Assembly: GCF_028368995.1 (NCBI RefSeq)
Contig: NZ_JAQNDL010000004.1
Span: 691,882-755,881 of the forward strand
Source: Nannocystis bainbridge
GTDB lineage: Bacteria; Myxococcota_A; Polyangia; Nannocystales; Nannocystaceae
Length of the DNA stretch: 64,000 nt
Direction: 5' to 3'
Shown: piece by piece, positions 59,363 through 64,000 of the stretch
How the letters are laid out: the number at the start of each line of letters is the position of its first letter
Numbering within the stretch: the first letter of the stretch is position 1
The notes under the pieces: generated by a model
The model's database searches: none
Told to the model about the DNA's origin: nothing
The model's input: only the letters and a program-made list of their open reading frames with translations
Made by a program: the position numbers and the translations under genes

Positions 59363-59971
59363 ATGAAGACGTTGCTCCGGATCGACGCCAGCGCTCGCCT
59401 CGAGGGTTCGAGCTCGCGGCAGCTCGCCGACCACTATCAAGCGCGCTGGACGGCGGCGCACCCGGGGGCGCGGGTGCTCGTCCGCGACCTCGCGCGCAGC
59501 CCGGTGCCGCACCTCGACGCGGCGACGATCGCGGCGTTCTACGGCGCGCCGGTGGACGAGGGCGCGCGGCCGGCCGGGCTGGCGCTGTCGGACGTGCTCA
59601 TCGCGGAGCTGCGCGCGGCCGATCGCGTGCTGATCAGCAGCGCGCTGTACAATCAGTCGCTGCCGTCGACGCTGAAGGCGTGGATCGATCACGTGGTCCG
59701 CAACGGGCACACGTTCGAGAGCCGCGAGGGCCGGCCGGTGGGGCTGCTCGGCGGGACGCCGGTGACGATCGTGGTCGCGCGCGGCGGGGTGACGTCGGGG
59801 CTGGTCGACGACTTCGAGACGCCCTATCTGCGGGCGATCCTCGGGTTCGTCGGCATCACTGACATCGAGGTGATCCCGGTCGAGGCGACGGCGCACGACG
59901 AGGCTTCACGAGCGCTGCGCTTCGCGGCGGCGTGGGCCGAGGTCGATCGGCGGATCGATGCGAGCGGGTGA
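59363..59971 (+). CDS. azoR: FMN-dependent NADH azoreductase
   Basis: LLRIDASAR..SSSRQL, RDLA, LYN..PSTLKAWID, ARGG and YLRAILGFVGITD. Confidence 0.88.
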   Translation: MKTLLRIDASARLEGSSSRQLADHYQARWTAAHPGARVLVRDLARSPVPHLDAATIAAFYGAPVDEGARPAGLALSDVLIAELRAADRVLISSALYNQSLPSTLKAWIDHVVRNGHTFESREGRPVGLLGGTPVTIVVARGGVTSGLVDDFETPYLRAILGFVGITDIEVIPVEATAHDEASRALRFAAAWAEVDRRIDASG

Positions 59972-60179
59972 GACGGTGCCGAATTTGCCACGCTGCGCTC
60001 GCGTGGCGCGGAAGATGTCTTTGAAGACATGTCCGGAAGAGCATGCGATCGCGCCGGGCCTCGGAGTTTGCACGCCTGCAGGACCGTCGGCATTGCTGCG
60101 CGGCGGTCACCGCTCGTGAGAGCGAGATGTCCGATATGTCTTGAGGGACATACGGCGCCGGCATGCCCGCCGGGGCCGC

Positions 60180-60992
60180 TCAGTCGAGGTCGAAGTGGTA
60201 GTTGGCGCCGAACTGCGAGTCCCAGGCCTGGCAGCCGTAGTAGTCCTGATTCTCGAACCACAGCTCGACCTCGCCGGCGCCGGCGGGCACGTCGAGCGTG
60301 GCCGGCCAGGCGATCTGCTGGCCGCCCTGCGGGGCGGTGAGCAGGGCGGACTTCACCGCCCCGCCGTCGAAGCGGTAGTGGACGCGGATGTTCCAGGCGT
60401 CCAGGCCGTACTTGGTGCCGCGGCAGTCGGGCAGGCGCGCGGGGTCGTAGGCGATCACGAGGGGCGCGCCGGCGCGCGGGGTGCCGAGGGTCTCGGTGAC
60501 CCAATCTGGCTTGAAGGAGAGGCTTGCGCCGACGCCGAAGTGCCAGTTGGCGCCGAAGTTGGAGTCGTAGGCCGAGCAGCCCCACAGGTTGGTGTTGTGG
60601 AACCACAGCGCCAGGTCGCCCGCGTCGTCGAGCACGAACTCCGGCGGCTGGGTGCCGTTCGAGGGCGAGTGGCCGCCGGCCTCGAAGCTGCCGACAGGGC
60701 CGCCGTCGAGCTGGCGATAACCGGTGATCGACCACGCCGGCTTGCCGTTCTGTTCGCCGCGACAGTCGGTCAGGCGATCCTCGTCGTAGCTGACATGGAC
60801 GGTGTTGCCGGCGACGAGCGGGCCGCCGCTGTTGACGATGGTCCAGTTGTCGCGGAGCTCGAGCCAGGCCGGCTGAATGTGCTCGGGGAGCTCGGTGCCC
60901 TCGCGCAATTCGATGGCGGGCGCCTCGTCCTCCTCGGGGCTGCAGGCGAAGGACGCGAAGAGGCTGAGGACGACGAGCGAGCGAGGATGCAT
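60180..60992 (-). CDS. Lipoprotein with two DUF6209-like (carbohydrate-binding-like) repeats
   Basis: SFAC lipobox; duplicated YD..RL.DCRG..WF.N...GC.A.DS.FGAN.HF. Confidence 0.75.
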   Translation of the reverse strand: MHPRSLVVLSLFASFACSPEEDEAPAIELREGTELPEHIQPAWLELRDNWTIVNSGGPLVAGNTVHVSYDEDRLTDCRGEQNGKPAWSITGYRQLDGGPVGSFEAGGHSPSNGTQPPEFVLDDAGDLALWFHNTNLWGCSAYDSNFGANWHFGVGASLSFKPDWVTETLGTPRAGAPLVIAYDPARLPDCRGTKYGLDAWNIRVHYRFDGGAVKSALLTAPQGGQQIAWPATLDVPAGAGEVELWFENQDYYGCQAWDSQFGANYHFDLD

Positions 60993-61280
60993 GACGGCGT
61001 CTTTCTTAGTGGAAAGCCGCCGGGCCGGCCAGGGGGCAGCAGCGTGCGCGTCGGGGCTGCCCCTGGCTAAAAACGGGTGCAGCGAGCTCGTCAGGGCCGT
61101 TCGCTGCAGCGAGGCTCGAGGTTGCGCGGAGCGGGTCGCGGCTCCACGCGTGAGCTGGCCGACGGCTCACTCGCGCGCCGGGCAAAGCGATGGTGATGCG
61201 TCGGGGTCGCTCGGGCGATGGCGTCCCGTCGTGGGCGGAGTCGGTGTTCGTTGTCCCGGGACGGCCGCACGAGAGAAACG

Positions 61281-61427
61281 GACATGGCCCGAAGGACATG
61301 TCCGTCGTGGCGGCCTTGGGGGCTGCCGATTCGATGCTTTCATGGCATGACCGAAGCGTCACGCCTCGGGCGTCCGATGGCGATCGATCGGGCGCAGTGG
61401 CATGACATGGCCCGAAGGTCATGTCAT
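61281..61427. repeat. Cluster of three GACATG-CC-CGAA-GG-CATGTC-type hairpins (REP-like)
   Basis: Hairpins at 61281-61302, ~61344-61365 and 61402-61427. Confidence 0.75.
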
Positions 61428-61449
61428 CAAGGTGCGCCCGGGCCTGGCG

Positions 61450-62529
61450 TCAGGGGAACACGGCGACGCAGCGGTTGTTCTCGCAGGCCAGGGTGGCGCC
61501 GCAAGGGTCGGCGCCGTCGCAGCAGCCGGACGACTGGATGTGGGTGTGGAGGACGTCCCAGTCGGCCAAAGTGTCCTTGTGGACGCCGACGTTGCCGCAG
61601 GTGTCGCTCTGGTAGCACATGGCCTCGGCCAGGACGCAGTCGCTGACGTCGTTGCACGGCTTGTCCTGCTCGAGCACCGAGTCGGCTTGGGCCTGGAAAT
61701 CGATGCACTGGTCGACGCAGGCGCACGCGGGCGGAGCGTCGGGGTCGGAGCAGCTGCCCCAGCCGGCCGGGACATCGATCCACTGGGCGGGGTGCTCGCC
61801 GGCCCGGCCGGTAGCCTTTTCATAGTAGTAGCCGGGCGCGTCGGCGCCGCCCACGTAGTTGGCGGGGAACCAGAGGCAAGCCGGGAAGACCTCGTCGAGG
61901 ACGCACTGCTGGTTCTCGTCGACCCGGTGGAGCTGGATCATGGCGAACTGGTTGCAATCGGCGGCGAGGCAGGCGGCCTCTTCCTTGATCAGCGGGCACT
62001 CGACAGGCGGCCCCTCGTCGGCGGGGATGCAATGGGCGGCGTAGCAGTCGTCGGTGACCTCGCAGGTGCAGACGTTGTTCTGCGGGTCCTCGCTGCATCC
62101 GGTGAGCCGGACGTCGCAGGACGCGTCCTTGTCCTCGACGTGGTAGCAGATCTCGTCGGCGCCGCAGGGCGAATCGAGGCAGTCCTGGCGCAGGCAGCCG
62201 TCGGCGTCGAATGGGCTGGCCGAGGCGCCGCAGTTCCACTCGGCGCAGTCGGGCGGCTGGCTGCAGCCATAGGCGGGGTTGTCGCAGACGCCGGGCGGGT
62301 CACCGTCGGTGGTCGAAGGCTCGTTGCCGGTGGTGCTGGTCGTGCCAGTGGTGGTGTTCGGATCGCCGGTCGTGCCGGGGCCGCCGGAGGTGTCCGAGGT
62401 GGCGAGAGTGTCGGTGTCCTCGTCGAGCTGGCCGTCGCCGAGGACCTTGGGGTAGGTGCACGCCGAAAGCGCGAGGGCGGCGGAGATTGCGAACAGGGGG
62501 GAGAGATAAGCGAAGCGGGGAAGGGACAT
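61450..62529 (-). CDS. Cys-rich lipoprotein
   Basis: ALSAC lipobox, Thr linker, many Cys; directly downstream of the ECF fusion. Confidence 0.8.
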   Translation of the reverse strand: MSLPRFAYLSPLFAISAALALSACTYPKVLGDGQLDEDTDTLATSDTSGGPGTTGDPNTTTGTTSTTGNEPSTTDGDPPGVCDNPAYGCSQPPDCAEWNCGASASPFDADGCLRQDCLDSPCGADEICYHVEDKDASCDVRLTGCSEDPQNNVCTCEVTDDCYAAHCIPADEGPPVECPLIKEEAACLAADCNQFAMIQLHRVDENQQCVLDEVFPACLWFPANYVGGADAPGYYYEKATGRAGEHPAQWIDVPAGWGSCSDPDAPPACACVDQCIDFQAQADSVLEQDKPCNDVSDCVLAEAMCYQSDTCGNVGVHKDTLADWDVLHTHIQSSGCCDGADPCGATLACENNRCVAVFP

Positions 62530-62577
62530 GTCTTTCGACCTCTTGCTGAATGTCGTCTCCGCCCCGCCGGGTTCCTA

Positions 62578-63999
62578 TCACTCCGGGCACGAAAAATTTT
62601 TGAAGCGCTGGGCGACGGCCGAGCGCGGGTGGCGGGCGACCAGCGCCGTGGCGCGCGCGAGGGCGAGGGCGTGATCGCCCTGACGGCACAGCAGCTCGAC
62701 CTCGGTGGCGTCGCGCAGATCGGCGAACGGACCGGCGGGGAAGCGCTGCGCGTGCTCGGTGAGCCGGGCCCGCGCGGAGTCGATGGCGCCGCCGGCGAGG
62801 TCGGCGCGGGCGCGATCGAGGACGGCGATCTCGGCGGCGAGCTGGTCGGGGTCGCCGTCGTGAGGTGCGGTGCGAGCGAGCGCGGCGAGCTCGTCGTCGT
62901 TCGCGGCCGCTTCGCGCCCGTCGCGTGCAGCGGAATCACGGGAGCCGGATGGGGGGCGAGCCGCAGATGGATCGCGCGAGCCGGCAGGGGGCGACGGAGC
63001 GAGGGAGGGGTCGGCGTGGGGGCCGACGGCGGACGAATCGTACGAGTGAGGGCGGGGGCCGACGAGGGGCGAATCGTAGGAGGCGCCGCTGGCGTCGGGC
63101 GCGAGGGAGGAGTCGTGCGACTGGCCGCGGAGCGGAGTCGTCACGGGCGCGAGGACGGGCGGCTCCGGGGATTCGGGCGTGGCGGCGTCGAGGGGCGCGG
63201 GCGCAGCGGAGCCGCCGGCGATCGTCGATGCGAGGCGGGGCGCGGGGTCCTGGCGGGCGACGAGCGCGGGGCGTTCATCGACCTGTCCTTTGGGCCATGC
63301 GATGGCGACGGCCCCGGTGGCGACGACGAGGGTGGTCATCACCGCGGCGCGGGTCGAGGCGAGCACGGCCAGGCCGACGCCGGTGCGGGTGGTCCAGAGG
63401 CCCGGGAGCATGGCGGCCCAGGTGCGCTCGACGGCGGCCGGCGGGGGGGTCTCGCGGGCGCGGGCGGCCGAGAGCTCGCGCTCGAGGCCGGCGCCGCCGA
63501 GCTCGCGCTGCAGCTGTTCGCGGGCCAGGCGGACCCGCGAGTAGACGGTGGCGACCGGGATCCCGAGCTCGCCGGCGATCTCGGGGCCGCTCATGCCGTG
63601 GAGCTCGGCCATCTCGAAGACGGCGCGGGTGGAGCCGCTGAGGCGGGCGAGCAGGCGCTCGAGCTGCTCGGCGGCGGCGAAGCGGTCCTGGGGCGGATCG
63701 AGGGGGCCGGTCGGGACGGCGGCGACGGCGGCGAGGCGGCGGTTCAGGCGGGCGGCGGTGCGGCGGTAGCGGGCGGCGATCCGGCGGGTGACGCCGTGCA
63801 GCCAGGCGCGCGGGGAGACCTCGAAGCGGACCTCGTCGAGGCGGCGATAGGCGGTCATGAAGACGTCCTGGACGGCGTCCTCGACCAGGTTGGGCGGGAC
63901 GCCGAAGCGCCGGGCGGCGGCCCACACGAACGGGAACTCGGCGAGGTAGAGCTCGCGGAAGGTGCGGATGCGCGCGTCGTCGGGCTGGGGTTCGGAGCG
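62578..63999 (-). CDS. ECF sigma/anti-sigma-like fusion (5' end outside the window)
   Basis: FRELY..VEDAVQDVF..AWLHGV; GPEIAGEL..TVYSRVRLAR; TM segment; C-terminal HAQRFPAG..LLC. Confidence 0.85.
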   Translation of the reverse strand, partial: RSEPQPDDARIRTFRELYLAEFPFVWAAARRFGVPPNLVEDAVQDVFMTAYRRLDEVRFEVSPRAWLHGVTRRIAARYRRTAARLNRRLAAVAAVPTGPLDPPQDRFAAAEQLERLLARLSGSTRAVFEMAELHGMSGPEIAGELGIPVATVYSRVRLAREQLQRELGGAGLERELSAARARETPPPAAVERTWAAMLPGLWTTRTGVGLAVLASTRAAVMTTLVVATGAVAIAWPKGQVDERPALVARQDPAPRLASTIAGGSAAPAPLDAATPESPEPPVLAPVTTPLRGQSHDSSLAPDASGASYDSPLVGPRPHSYDSSAVGPHADPSLAPSPPAGSRDPSAARPPSGSRDSAARDGREAAANDDELAALARTAPHDGDPDQLAAEIAVLDRARADLAGGAIDSARARLTEHAQRFPAGPFADLRDATEVELLCRQGDHALALARATALVARHPRSAVAQRFKNFSCPE

Positions 64000-64000
64000 C

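Noticed and set aside
1-64000. tRNA or rRNA genes, including a tRNA att site
   Set aside because: No cloverleaf or rRNA-like sequence noticed; the att core lies within a protein-coding gene.

Overview
High-GC myxobacterial (Nannocystis-like) chromosomal window, rich in Thr/Ser-linker lipoproteins, Cys-rich repeats, ECF sigma factors and Ser/Thr kinases. The main structure is a 30.8-kb integrated element (24014-54853) that splits an FG-GAP/VCBS-type lipoprotein gene. The 5' part of that gene lies at 54827-56911 and the 3' part at 23554-24021. Both junctions carry the 8-bp core TTGGTGAT, and precise excision restores the reading frame, which matches an intact paralog at 5410-7767. The element encodes a tyrosine integrase with an unusual C-terminal IS5-type DUF4096-like domain. 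Its ~210-bp left end is duplicated and contains a co-varying hairpin. It carries kdpFABCDE-porin and ars cargo and a tandem-domain Ser/Thr kinase. It also has an apparently undescribed module: two divergent, paralogous, tail-anchored tandem-HTH proteins flanking ~2 kb of dozens of TGTTGCTC(G) repeats with an AT-rich palindromic patch. Outside the element are a signal-less trypsin-endonuclease I fusion coupled to an S8 protease, two ECF sigma/anti-sigma fusions and a dispersed GACATGTC/UUCG-hairpin repeat family. All calls come from reading motifs by eye; no database searches were run.
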